32,000 bases of DNA from an uncultured Actinomycetota bacterium (GCA_963814505.1 CAWFDM010000020.1:228993-260992), one strand, 5' to 3'. Shown: positions 24,728 to 32,000, counted from the first letter of the stretch. The notes: generated from the letters alone by a model not told the origin. Numbers and translations: made by a program.

Positions 24728-24960
24728 CTAATCGGCCTTGATGCGGGTGAAACGATGCAACAGCCAAGCCAAGGGGATTGTCAGCACCAACGTCGCGACG
24801 AAGGGGTAAAGCATCGAGCCAGTTTAGACGTGGGCCCGGACGATGTAGACCATCGCGAATTCCATCGTCACCAGGTGGATCAGGAAGATCTCATAGGAGT
24901 TCTCGCCGAGTCACACGATCGGCCGGCTGCCCGCAACCGGGCATACAACCCCCGGGGGCG
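24728..24960 (-). pseudogene. Acyltransferase-3-family gene remnant (C-terminal fragment with nonsense/frameshift)
   Basis: The minus strand reads '...SRPIV*LGENSYEIFLIHLVTMEFAMVYIV', with TGA at 24911-24913 where the family usually has Trp in 'WLG.xSYxIYLxH'. A tail 'MLYPFVATLVLTIPLAWLLHRFTRIKAD*' follows in another frame. The upstream part is missing. Confidence 0.35.
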
Positions 24961-25112
24961 CCGGGGGCGCCGCCCAAGGCCAGCGGTGCCACCGCCAGTG
25001 CCTCGATCGCCGCATAGCAGCGCGTCTTGACCAACGCCTCGCTGAGCGTGGCCGGCGAGGTCGTGGGCGCGCCCTCGATCGGCGTGGAGCCTGCTGAGGT
25101 CTGAGTTTTCCC

Positions 25113-25157
25113 CGGCGGAGCTAAGGGGACTCGAACCCCTGACCCCCACACTGCCAG
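25113..25157 (-). other. 3' half of tRNA-Ala(GGC), att-site-like remnant, copy 2 (degenerate 3' end GCCG)
   Basis: The minus strand reads ctggcag-tgtgg-gggtc-agggg-ttcgagt-cccct-tagctcc-gccg. About 175 bp, including flanks, is homologous to copy 1 at roughly 80-85% identity. Confidence 0.55.
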
Positions 25158-25230
25158 GAGCGGGCAGGAGCCGCGGCCAGGCACGATAGCAGAGATTTCG
25201 GGCTGTAGATGTCGGTGCTCACGGAGTAAC

Positions 25231-25262
25231 TGTCGTCACGGTTGTCGTCAGAATTGTCGTCA
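25231..25262 (+). repeat. Three TGTCGTCA boxes at 12-bp phasing, set 2
   Basis: TGTCGTCA at 25231, 25243 and 25255. The set lies 74 nt from tRNA-Ala remnant 2. Confidence 0.6.
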
Positions 25263-25320
25263 ACGACCGACTGATGCTAAAGCCACGCAAAGGCCCCAGC
25301 CGGCGGGAACTCGTATCCGT

Positions 25321-25647
25321 TTGTATTACAATGAGCAAGTGGCGGACGACCGGTTCGATCCCGATCTGCTTGACGACGAGAACCCGTTCGAGATCGACGC
25401 CCAAGCCGCCCACCTGTTCAAGCACCCACGCCTGGGCATCGAGGACATCCGCGATGTCTGGGCATCCGACCCGATGTTCTATCCCGCCAAACCTCCCGCG
25501 CACTGGCTGATGGTCGCCGAAGTCGAGGGCACCGTTCTTATGGTGCCCCTCGCCCCCGCCCGCGACGGCAACCCAAAACGCTGTCGCCCCATCGGCTGCT
25601 ACCCCGCCTCCAAACATCTCTCTGACCAATACCGGAGTGACAGATGA
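25321..25647 (+). CDS. Putative BrnT-like (DUF497-like) toxin
   Basis: 108-aa ORF; the start could instead be GTG 25339. 'FEIDAQAAHLFKH..GIEDIRDVW..DP' ... 'GTVLMVPLAP' ... 'RCRPIGCYPASKHLSDQY' loosely follows the BrnT pattern FEWD..K...KHG...E....DP...G..L.V.....R.ISAR.A...E...Y. It is ATGA-coupled to the downstream RHH gene. Confidence 0.55.
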   Translation: MYYNEQVADDRFDPDLLDDENPFEIDAQAAHLFKHPRLGIEDIRDVWASDPMFYPAKPPAHWLMVAEVEGTVLMVPLAPARDGNPKRCRPIGCYPASKHLSDQYRSDR

Positions 25648-25865
25648 ACCAGCCAATGACCCCCGACGAGGAATACGAGTTCTACACACGCCCCGAAAAC
25701 CAGGAACCCCAAGGGCCCGGGCGACGCCGGCTAACAGCCACCGTTCCCGTGCGCTTCCCGCCCGAGCTGTTGGAGCAAGTACGCGCCGCGGCCGCCGCGG
25801 ACGACCGGTCCGTCTCCTCGTGGATTCGCCGCGCGGTCGAACACGAACTTCGCCATCCGGCTTAA
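25644..25865 (+). CDS. Ribbon-helix-helix antitoxin (BrnA/CopG-like)
   Basis: 73 aa. The C-terminal RHH is 'VPVRFPPELLEQVRAAAAADDRSVSSWIRRAVEHEL'. It overlaps the upstream stop. Confidence 0.7.
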   Translation: MNQPMTPDEEYEFYTRPENQEPQGPGRRRLTATVPVRFPPELLEQVRAAAAADDRSVSSWIRRAVEHELRHPA

Positions 25866-26048
25866 ATCTCGTAACCAACGAAGTACCGAGAGACGGCTCT
25901 CGGCGGTACCGGTTTCGAAGTCGTTGTCTGGTTATGCGGCAATGGATTTAGCCGAGATCATCCGGCAAGAACACAGCGTATCCGGCTGGTTCCCGATGAA
26001 TTTCGGCGAAATAACAGCGACTCCAGACCGGGATGCAAGGTCACCTCC

Positions 26049-27317
26049 TTGCGGTCTGGGACTGCGTTTCATCAAGATTGCTTTGTGACTGCCCTCGCGG
26101 ACGCCGTCCTGCCGCTGATCAGGACACGCGCCGAAGTGTGGTGGTGGAACGTCGCCGATGCGCACGGAGCCCGGATGCATGAGGCCGTTACGGCCTTACG
26201 CGAAGCCGCCGAAACCGAAAACCCGACCGTTGTGTTCGCCGTAACTCAGAAGGCGATCGCGTCGGCGCTTAGGGTAATCATGCGCGCCGATGACTCCAGC
26301 GGAATCATCGGTGACGCCTGCCGCGATCTGTTGGACCTTCACCCCCGGATGGCGGAAATAGCCCGTCCGGCCACCGCCCAGTTGGTCGACTGGATGATCA
26401 AATTCCAGTTCGAGAACGAATGTGACTACTTCACGATCGACCCGGTCGCGTACGCGCCAGCTCTTGGGGAGCTGGGCATCGCGAGGTACCGAGCGAAACT
26501 CGATGCGGTCGCAGCAAGTCTCGGCACCCGCCCATCGGACGATCAACGATGGACGGCGCCGCGCGCCGGTGATTGGCACACTCTCGACTGGAACGCGCAG
26601 CGCCTGGCCGTCCTCGATAGAGACGTTGACGCGATCATCCGCATCCATGCCCGAGACCGGCGGTTCGCGGTGTGGCATCAGGACACCGCCGAGGCCCTGG
26701 AGGAAATCGGCCAGATCGACCTCGCGATCGACTGGGCCAAGCAGGCAACCGATTTCGACTCCGGCCACCAGTCGCGGCGGGCCGCAAACTACTGGTGCGA
26801 ACTCCTCGCTAGGTATCGGCCCGACAACCTGCTGGCTGCTCGGGTGGAAGTATTCCGGCGCTGGCCATCGTCGACCACGGCCGCAGACGTCTATCAGGCG
26901 GCCGGCGCCGCGTGGCCTGACTACCGCGAAGACGTGTTCGCGCGCCTGGCACCAATGCCGCCGCGCGACACCGTGGTCTTTGCGCTGGCTCATCTCAAGG
27001 ACATCCCACTCGCCTGGAACGTCGCGCATACCCTTGGCCTCGATGACGACCGCACCTGGAGCGACGTCGCGAAGGCATACGAGAAATTCGACCCTCTCGC
27101 CGTACTGCCGGTACACACCGAGCTGGTGGAGCACGAGCTGGCCGAAGCCAGCGCCCAGCACTACCGAAGTGCCGCTCGACGGCTCAAGAAGATGCGCAAG
27201 CTCGCAGCTGGGTCGGATCGGGCTAACGAGGTCAATGAGCTGATCGCCAACCTTCGCCTTCGATACCACCGTCGGCCTCGACTCCAACTGGAGTTCGATC
27301 GCGCGGGGCTGCCCTAG
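26049..27317 (+). CDS. Large uncharacterised helical protein (start uncertain: 26049/26085/26178)
   Basis: 422-aa ORF with high GC3 and balanced composition. 'RADDSSGIIGDACRDLLDLH', 'DPVAYAPALGELGIARYRAKL' and the C-terminal 'YRSAARRLKKMRKLA...LRLRYHRRPRLQLEFDRAGL' recur in actinobacterial hypothetical proteins as I recall. No function is known to me. Confidence 0.7.
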   Translation: MRSGTAFHQDCFVTALADAVLPLIRTRAEVWWWNVADAHGARMHEAVTALREAAETENPTVVFAVTQKAIASALRVIMRADDSSGIIGDACRDLLDLHPRMAEIARPATAQLVDWMIKFQFENECDYFTIDPVAYAPALGELGIARYRAKLDAVAASLGTRPSDDQRWTAPRAGDWHTLDWNAQRLAVLDRDVDAIIRIHARDRRFAVWHQDTAEALEEIGQIDLAIDWAKQATDFDSGHQSRRAANYWCELLARYRPDNLLAARVEVFRRWPSSTTAADVYQAAGAAWPDYREDVFARLAPMPPRDTVVFALAHLKDIPLAWNVAHTLGLDDDRTWSDVAKAYEKFDPLAVLPVHTELVEHELAEASAQHYRSAARRLKKMRKLAAGSDRANEVNELIANLRLRYHRRPRLQLEFDRAGLP

Positions 27318-27369
27318 CCTAGCGCTTGAGGTATAAGTGGCTCGCATCATCGCCCTGCCGGCGGCTTGA

Positions 27370-27401
27370 CTGTCGTCAGGGTTGCCGTCACAACTGTCGG
27401 C
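27370..27401 (+). repeat. Three TGYCGKCA boxes at 12-bp phasing, set 3 (no adjacent tRNA remnant)
   Basis: TGTCGTCA at 27370, TGCCGTCA at 27382, TGTCGGCA at 27394. Two GTTTTCGACAA repeats follow at about 27434 and 27455. Confidence 0.5.
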
Positions 27402-27473
27402 AGAGCGCAACTGCCGCGATACAGCACTCGTCGTTTTCGACAAGCGGTGCTCGCTGTTTTCGACAACGTCGAT

Positions 27474-27784
27474 TTACCCGTTCCGACGACCGCGGCCGAT
27501 ACGAACATCCAGGGATGATCCCGGCAGAACGGGACCCATTTCCCCCTGGCCCAACACAGCGAACGCGATCACGACTCGACGCTTAAAGCCGATTGTGCGA
27601 AGGCCTGGCCTGATGTCATCACGTGCCCTGCCACGATGCGGGAACGGACCCAGATCGTCGCAGAACGCCACGATCGATTCCGCGTAGGCGCAGCTAGTTC
27701 CGCCGATGCTGCCGCCGCGATGTAGCGGTGCAGCTCAAGGAGTTGATCTTCTGCCTCAGGCGTGAAGACGACGCTGAGGCTCAC
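27474..27784 (-). pseudogene. parE: ParE toxin, frameshifted (~27686-27692)
   Basis: GTG 27784 is GTGA-coupled to the parD stop and reads 'MSLSVVFTPEAEDQLLELHRYIAAAASAELAA' before leaving the frame. The adjacent frame continues 'YAESIVAFCDDLGPFPHRGRARDDIRPGLRTIGFKRRVVIAFAV'. The 311-nt span is not a multiple of 3. Confidence 0.7.
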
Positions 27785-28050
27785 CCAACCCCGGCCTGCT
27801 CGCCGGCAAGACGCGCCCGCACCGCCCGCGCAGAGACCCCCCTCGAAGGATCGGCAATGACGGCGTCGTATGCGGCGGCCACCTCGTCCCGTAACCAGGC
27901 TTCAACCGCTTGATCGCGAGCGAACAAAGCCCGCAGTCCTTCGCGGATCACCTCGCTCTCGCTGGCATATTCTCCCGACCGCACTCGTTCACGCAGCCCA
28001 TCAGCCATGTCGTTGGGGAGTGTGATGCTTAGTTGGCGTGTCGTGCGCAC
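27781..28050 (-). CDS. parD: ParD-family RHH antitoxin
   Basis: GTG 28050 lies 5 nt after GGAGG. The 89-aa product reads 'TRQLSITLPNDMADGLRERVRSGEYASESEVIREGLRAL..RDQAVEAWLRDEV'. Confidence 0.8.
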   Translation of the reverse strand: MRTTRQLSITLPNDMADGLRERVRSGEYASESEVIREGLRALFARDQAVEAWLRDEVAAAYDAVIADPSRGVSARAVRARLAGEQAGVG

Positions 28051-28120
28051 ATCCACCTCCAGAGCGATAGGATTCAATCCTACTCTTGCGTGGGATACTG
28101 CGCACCGAGTGCGATGTTCA

Positions 28121-30454
28121 TCAGGCCTTGACCGTTGAGCCAGCCCCTTGGTCGTCGTCCCGCTCCGGCCGAGGCAGCGGAATGGTCTCGAGCCAACGCA
28201 AATCGACCAGGTCGACGTCGCGCACCCTACGTTCCCGTTCGAACAGTGCCGACGTCTTGGTGAGGACGAGCGTGTAGGGCCGGCCAGACCTTCGCGTCTC
28301 ATGTCGAACCGGTAGTTCATTGCGGTCGATCCGATCGTGTACATGGCGCCGCTTTGGCTCTGCCAAGGGCCAATCCAATTGCTGGCATTGGGGATCGGCC
28401 AGAAACGCGCGGAGCGTGCCGCACAGCTCGCAGGTACAGGTGTCCGGCGCGCAGATCGACCAATCACCGGGATTTCGGGCGGGTCGGGCGAGCCTGGCCG
28501 ACAATCGCTTTCGCGTGATCTGCGCCAGGCCCGCGATCGCACCTACGGTCAGCTGTTCGGGTGCGGCCTCCGCGATGCGGCGCAGCGTATTCATCGCGCA
28601 GCGAAGCTGCTCGTCATCCGCGCTGAGTGCTGCGGACAGTTTCGCACCACCCTCGGTGTCCTCCGCGATCACCGTTCCGACAAGCAGGCCGGCCGCCGGC
28701 GCCGCAAGCTCGTCAAGTGCGTGTGCGCGGCGGGATGGTTGCGGCAGTGAGCCTGCCCGCTCCAGGGCGGCCAGAAGCCACGTGGCGCTCACCCCAAGGA
28801 GATCCCGGGCCACATTCCCAGCTCCGGCTTCTGCCATCGCGCGACACAGCGCGGGCAGTTCAGCGATCCACACACGTCGCTGACCGTCGTGGACCCGGCC
28901 ACGGCGAGCGGTCTCCCACTCGGCCAGAAGTTGCCGAACCCAGTCCCCGCCGTAGCGGTCAGCGGCGGCGGCCAGGGCCGACGCTTCCCGCGCGGAGACC
29001 TGATCGAGACGGAATGGCCTCAGCAGCATCGTCGCCAGCGGCGCATCGTCGAGGCCGAACGCGACGCCGAGGGCTGTGCCGAGTTCTGTCCCATCGCCTG
29101 CTACCTGCTCGTCACTTTCCAGCCGCCTGCCAGCCACGTCAGCCCAGAAGGGCGCCAGCGAACCAGCTCGCTCCCGAGCGCCTGCGAGATCCTTCTCGCC
29201 CAACAGTCCGCACAGCGCGTCCAAAGCCCAACGGGGCGAGCCCTGCGCGCGCACCGCGAAATCGCGACTACGCGGCCACATCACCACAGCCCCCCGCCGA
29301 TACCAGCGGTCCATCGTGTTCCCGTAGTTGCCCATGTAGCCCTCGTACTCGGACGCGTACGGCTGCAACTGTTCACTCGGCGTCGTCGCACACATTTCGT
29401 CGTCCCAAACGCCGGACGCGCCGACTTGGGCCGCCACGCCTGACGAATCGATCGGGGCGGCCAGGGTGGTGCCCCCGTCGAGCAACTCGCCAAGCTCGTA
29501 CGATCCCGTATCCGGCTCGGCTGCATCCTCGTCGTCCTCGTCATACCAACGATGCCGTTGATACGGCTCGTCGCAGCTCCAGGTCTCGTGCACGTCGGCG
29601 AGCGCGAGCACGATCTCGTCGTCCCGCTCCCGTGCAGCGGCACGCAGCACGGCCACCCGACCGGCATCGACACCTTTGAGCCGTTCGAAGCTCAATCCGT
29701 GCTCCGTGTACTCGTGGTCGAGCAGGTAGACCAGACGGTCCTGCGCTTCGAAATGCGTTCGGAGGCAGCTACTTACATCAGCAACAGCGAGCGCATCAAC
29801 CTTGCCGGTCGACGAATCGCCGTCGAGCGACAGGTTGTAGGTGAGCGCGACCCGATGACCGCTCGTCAGGGGAAGCACTTCGTGCTCGCAGTCCGCATAC
29901 AACGCCACGAACGAGAGCAACCGATTCGATGATCGATACTCCTCCCGCCGACCACAATGCTGAACCACCAACGCCCCACCACGACTTGTCGACGGCAGCG
30001 TGACAACCAGCGTGCCGACCATCGCGTCGACCTTCTCCGAGTCCTTGTGCGACGCGAAGAATTGACCCTGTTCGTACATCAAGACCGAGTGCAACTCGGC
30101 TCGCAGGCGGCACCCGTCGGGCAAACCAAGCTCGGCGCGCAGCTCATCCAAGACCGGCACGAGCGTCGTGTTCCAGCGCCGACGGTCGATCCGCACCCGG
30201 CTCTTGGGCAGCTCCCAGGTGTCACGCACCCGCGAGTCGACCAGCGTCTTCTCGCCCAACCCGTACCGGGCCGGCCGGGCGATGCTGCGGAGGCGTTTCA
30301 CCTGCGTCGCGGAGACCGGTAATTCCAACGGGCCGACTCCACCAATCTCGATGATCAAGTCGTCTGGCGCGGCAGTGCGCTGAGCACTGAACTTGGAGCC
30401 GCTATCCAGGGCACCCAGCAATCCGGCCAGACGCATCCTTGGGTCGATCTGCAT
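28121..30454 (-). CDS. 777-aa protein: N-terminal 2OG-Fe(II) oxygenase domain fused to a ~550-aa helical region and a C-terminal Cys cluster
   Basis: HxD is in 'FFASHKDSEKVDAMVGTLVVTLPS', followed by 'GGALVVQH'. The distal His is in 'ALYADCEHEVLPLTSGHRVALTYNL'. The C-terminus has 'CAPDTCTCELCGTLRAFLADPQC' and 'RRHVHDRIDRNELPVRHETRRSGRPYTLVLTKT'. Confidence 0.85.
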   Translation of the reverse strand: MQIDPRMRLAGLLGALDSGSKFSAQRTAAPDDLIIEIGGVGPLELPVSATQVKRLRSIARPARYGLGEKTLVDSRVRDTWELPKSRVRIDRRRWNTTLVPVLDELRAELGLPDGCRLRAELHSVLMYEQGQFFASHKDSEKVDAMVGTLVVTLPSTSRGGALVVQHCGRREEYRSSNRLLSFVALYADCEHEVLPLTSGHRVALTYNLSLDGDSSTGKVDALAVADVSSCLRTHFEAQDRLVYLLDHEYTEHGLSFERLKGVDAGRVAVLRAAARERDDEIVLALADVHETWSCDEPYQRHRWYDEDDEDAAEPDTGSYELGELLDGGTTLAAPIDSSGVAAQVGASGVWDDEMCATTPSEQLQPYASEYEGYMGNYGNTMDRWYRRGAVVMWPRSRDFAVRAQGSPRWALDALCGLLGEKDLAGARERAGSLAPFWADVAGRRLESDEQVAGDGTELGTALGVAFGLDDAPLATMLLRPFRLDQVSAREASALAAAADRYGGDWVRQLLAEWETARRGRVHDGQRRVWIAELPALCRAMAEAGAGNVARDLLGVSATWLLAALERAGSLPQPSRRAHALDELAAPAAGLLVGTVIAEDTEGGAKLSAALSADDEQLRCAMNTLRRIAEAAPEQLTVGAIAGLAQITRKRLSARLARPARNPGDWSICAPDTCTCELCGTLRAFLADPQCQQLDWPLAEPKRRHVHDRIDRNELPVRHETRRSGRPYTLVLTKTSALFERERRVRDVDLVDLRWLETIPLPRPERDDDQGAGSTVKA

Positions 30455-30643
30455 CCGGGCAACGCTAGCCGAGCCGCCGATCGACGTGCTTCGCAGTCCT
30501 CCCGCGCCACACCTATCACGCCTCGCGCCAACCCAGAGCTATCACCGCGTCCACGTCCAGATCCGCCATGGCCGTGACGAAGTCGTCAAGGAGCGGGACG
30601 GTTCAGTCAATGAAGAAAAAGGTTCAGGTAACGACACTCAGCT

Positions 30644-31089
30644 GTGCGAAAAGTGGAGGCAATAGGAAGAAACTCGAACCTCGGTCATCTCTGCAAAAAG
30701 TGGGCTGATCTGCGCAAACGCGTCGACGAATCACCGACGCGTCCACCTGTATCGCGTGAGGACAGGCCAAAACCTCGCTCCAAACGCTTCCTGAGCGCCG
30801 ACGATGTTGCGGACATCGTTGATCGGTATGAAGCTGGCGAGACCACCCAACAGGTCGGCACTCGCTACGGCATTTCCAAAACCCGGGTTGCCACCATCCT
30901 CCGCGAGCGGGGCATCACCATCCGCCGTCAGGGCCTGAACAACGAACAGGCGAAGGAAGCTGGCACGCTCTATGCCGTCGGCAAATCACTGCCTGGCTTG
31001 GTGCTCGTTATGGCGTTTCACACACAACCGTCGCTGCCGCACTTCGGCGCCACGGCGTTCAGTTGCGACGGCGGCCCGGCTGGATCTGA
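30644..31089 (+). pseudogene. Tandem helix-turn-helix DNA-binding protein, frameshifted near 30989-30993
   Basis: HTH 1 is 'LSADDVADIVDRYEAGETTQQVGTRYGISKTRVATILRERGITIRR'. HTH 2 is split: 'LYAVGKSL' lies in one frame and 'AWLGARYGVSHTTVAAALRRHGVQLRRRPGWI*' in the adjacent frame, ending at 31089. The 446-nt span is not a multiple of 3. The start is uncertain. Confidence 0.6.
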
Positions 31090-31292
31090 CATTCGGTCCG
31101 CGATCAAGTACGCGTCTTGACGGACGGTCCCGCGTCGCGAAGGACGCGTGTTTGTGGTGCGGCCTACCGTCGAAGCTGCGCGGTGATCCCGTGCGAGGTC
31201 GACACCGAGATCGCCGAACGAAGTGACGACCCGATGGGGCGGAACAACGGAGTCGGCCAGCTCTGAGGTCGGCCGAGGCTGATACTCGGTGA

Positions 31293-32000
31293 TCAGTCGA
31301 GGCTCTCGAAGTCCGGCAGCTGCCAACTCTTGTCGAAGAAGGGCCGGGTCGGGCCATAGAAGCGGAACCAGACCCACCACCCCTCCGACGCACCCGTATC
31401 CACCCAGTTGCTCTCCAAGCCCGCTGGCGCTTCTGGCCCGAAGTAGATGTCCGCTGAGCCGTCGACATTGACGGTGATTTCGTCGTAGGAGCTGACGGCG
31501 GCCCGGTTAGCCTTGTTCATGGTCATGGAACGGGTGTGCACGTCATAGACGGTGATCGACCAGAACTGCTCAGCGGGCACGTTGGCCGGGACGCGCAATT
31601 TGTAGTTCTTCGAACCGTCCAACCAGTTGCCGTCTTGGTCCTTGAAACTTTGCAGATACCGCTGGCCGCCGGAGGGATATGGCAGATTCATGGCCTGTCC
31701 CGGCCAGGTGCCGAGGTAGAGGTAGTGCAGCCGCTCGTCGAGTTCGGTGTAGAACTCGGATTCCTGCTCGCTTCCTTCCGTCATGTTCAACAGCAGCACG
31801 TTCATCCAGTTCTTTCCCGGATATGCACGGGACCCTGCCAGTCGTGAGTCGAAGCTGGTCGTCTGCGCCATGGCATGACCGAGACGCGCACCTTCTTCTA
31901 AGAGCCGCTTCTGGCGAGCATCCGGCGCGAACGGCTTGCCCTTCTCAATGCCCAGCGGCTTGAGCATGGCCATGAAGACGCGGTCTCGCTCCTGCACCGG
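31293..32000 (-). CDS. DUF1214/DUF1254-type conserved protein (N-terminus outside window)
   Basis: The frame is open to the window end. 'QFWSITVYD', 'NWVDTGASEGWWVWFRFYGP' and the tail 'FFDKSWQLPDFE' are typical of the DUF1214 family. Confidence 0.8.
   Translation of the reverse strand, partial: PVQERDRVFMAMLKPLGIEKGKPFAPDARQKRLLEEGARLGHAMAQTTSFDSRLAGSRAYPGKNWMNVLLLNMTEGSEQESEFYTELDERLHYLYLGTWPGQAMNLPYPSGGQRYLQSFKDQDGNWLDGSKNYKLRVPANVPAEQFWSITVYDVHTRSMTMNKANRAAVSSYDEITVNVDGSADIYFGPEAPAGLESNWVDTGASEGWWVWFRFYGPTRPFFDKSWQLPDFESLD

Noticed and set aside
23595-24767. 390-aa ORF in an alternative minus frame over the MFS gene, and the 28627..29679 (350 aa) ORF antisense to the large oxygenase.
   Set aside because: Both have extreme Arg/Gly/Pro content and no motifs. 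They overlap genes with clear family signatures.
25932-26180. The 82-aa minus ORF, and a 27-codon ORF after AAGGAGGTGACC-TTG (about 26042 down to 25960).
   Set aside because: The Shine-Dalgarno-like sequence is suggestive, but the peptides have no recognisable features and the region overlaps the probable 5' end of the 26049 gene. The evidence is insufficient.
26196-27443. 415-aa minus-strand ORF opposite the 26049..27317 gene.
   Set aside because: It has junk-like Arg/Pro/Gly-rich composition. The + frame has high GC3, balanced composition and family-like C-terminal motifs.

Overview
This is GC-rich DNA from a slow-growing Mycobacterium (M. marinum/kansasii/tuberculosis-like). The taxon call rests on PE/PE_PGRS genes, an EsxM/EsxN-type WXG100 pair and a homologue of the Rv1419 lectin. 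The window is a mosaic accessory region.

Left to right it contains:
- a 2OG-oxygenase / FkbM-methyltransferase / 2OG-oxygenase tailoring cluster, cut by the window edge
- a GH6 cellulase, an adenosine deaminase, a PGRS-only fragment and a PE_PGRS gene
- an intact phd-doc TA pair
- an IS607-family unit: two unknown cargo ORFs, the serine recombinase TnpA, and a frameshifted TnpB-related gene without a zinc finger
- a decayed ESX-5-type PE/PPE-esx cassette, where PE is fused to PPE after 8 codons, PPE is truncated, and both esx genes are intact
- a secreted ricin-type lectin, a Tat-signal sulfatase, and a PE gene with an AT-rich hydrophobic tail
- higBA with a frameshifted toxin
- a ~9 kb segment bracketed by direct repeats, each carrying the 3' half of tRNA-Ala(GGC) plus three phased TGTCGTCA boxes. 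It holds two PE_PGRS proteins with an identical PE-PGRS module but different beta-1,3-glucanase domains (GH16 and GH64), a TetR regulator, and an N-hydroxylase / OlsB-like N-acyltransferase / MFS trio
- a BrnTA-like pair, a large uncharacterised helical protein, parDE with a frameshifted toxin, a 777-aa 2OG-oxygenase fusion protein, a frameshifted tandem-HTH gene, and a partial DUF1214-type gene

The most interesting items are the modular PE_PGRS-glucanases, the tRNA-Ala att-like remnants that delimit tandem islands, the inverted PE-leader repeats, and the hydroxylase/acyltransferase cluster.

All family assignments come from motif recognition by eye. No searches were run.
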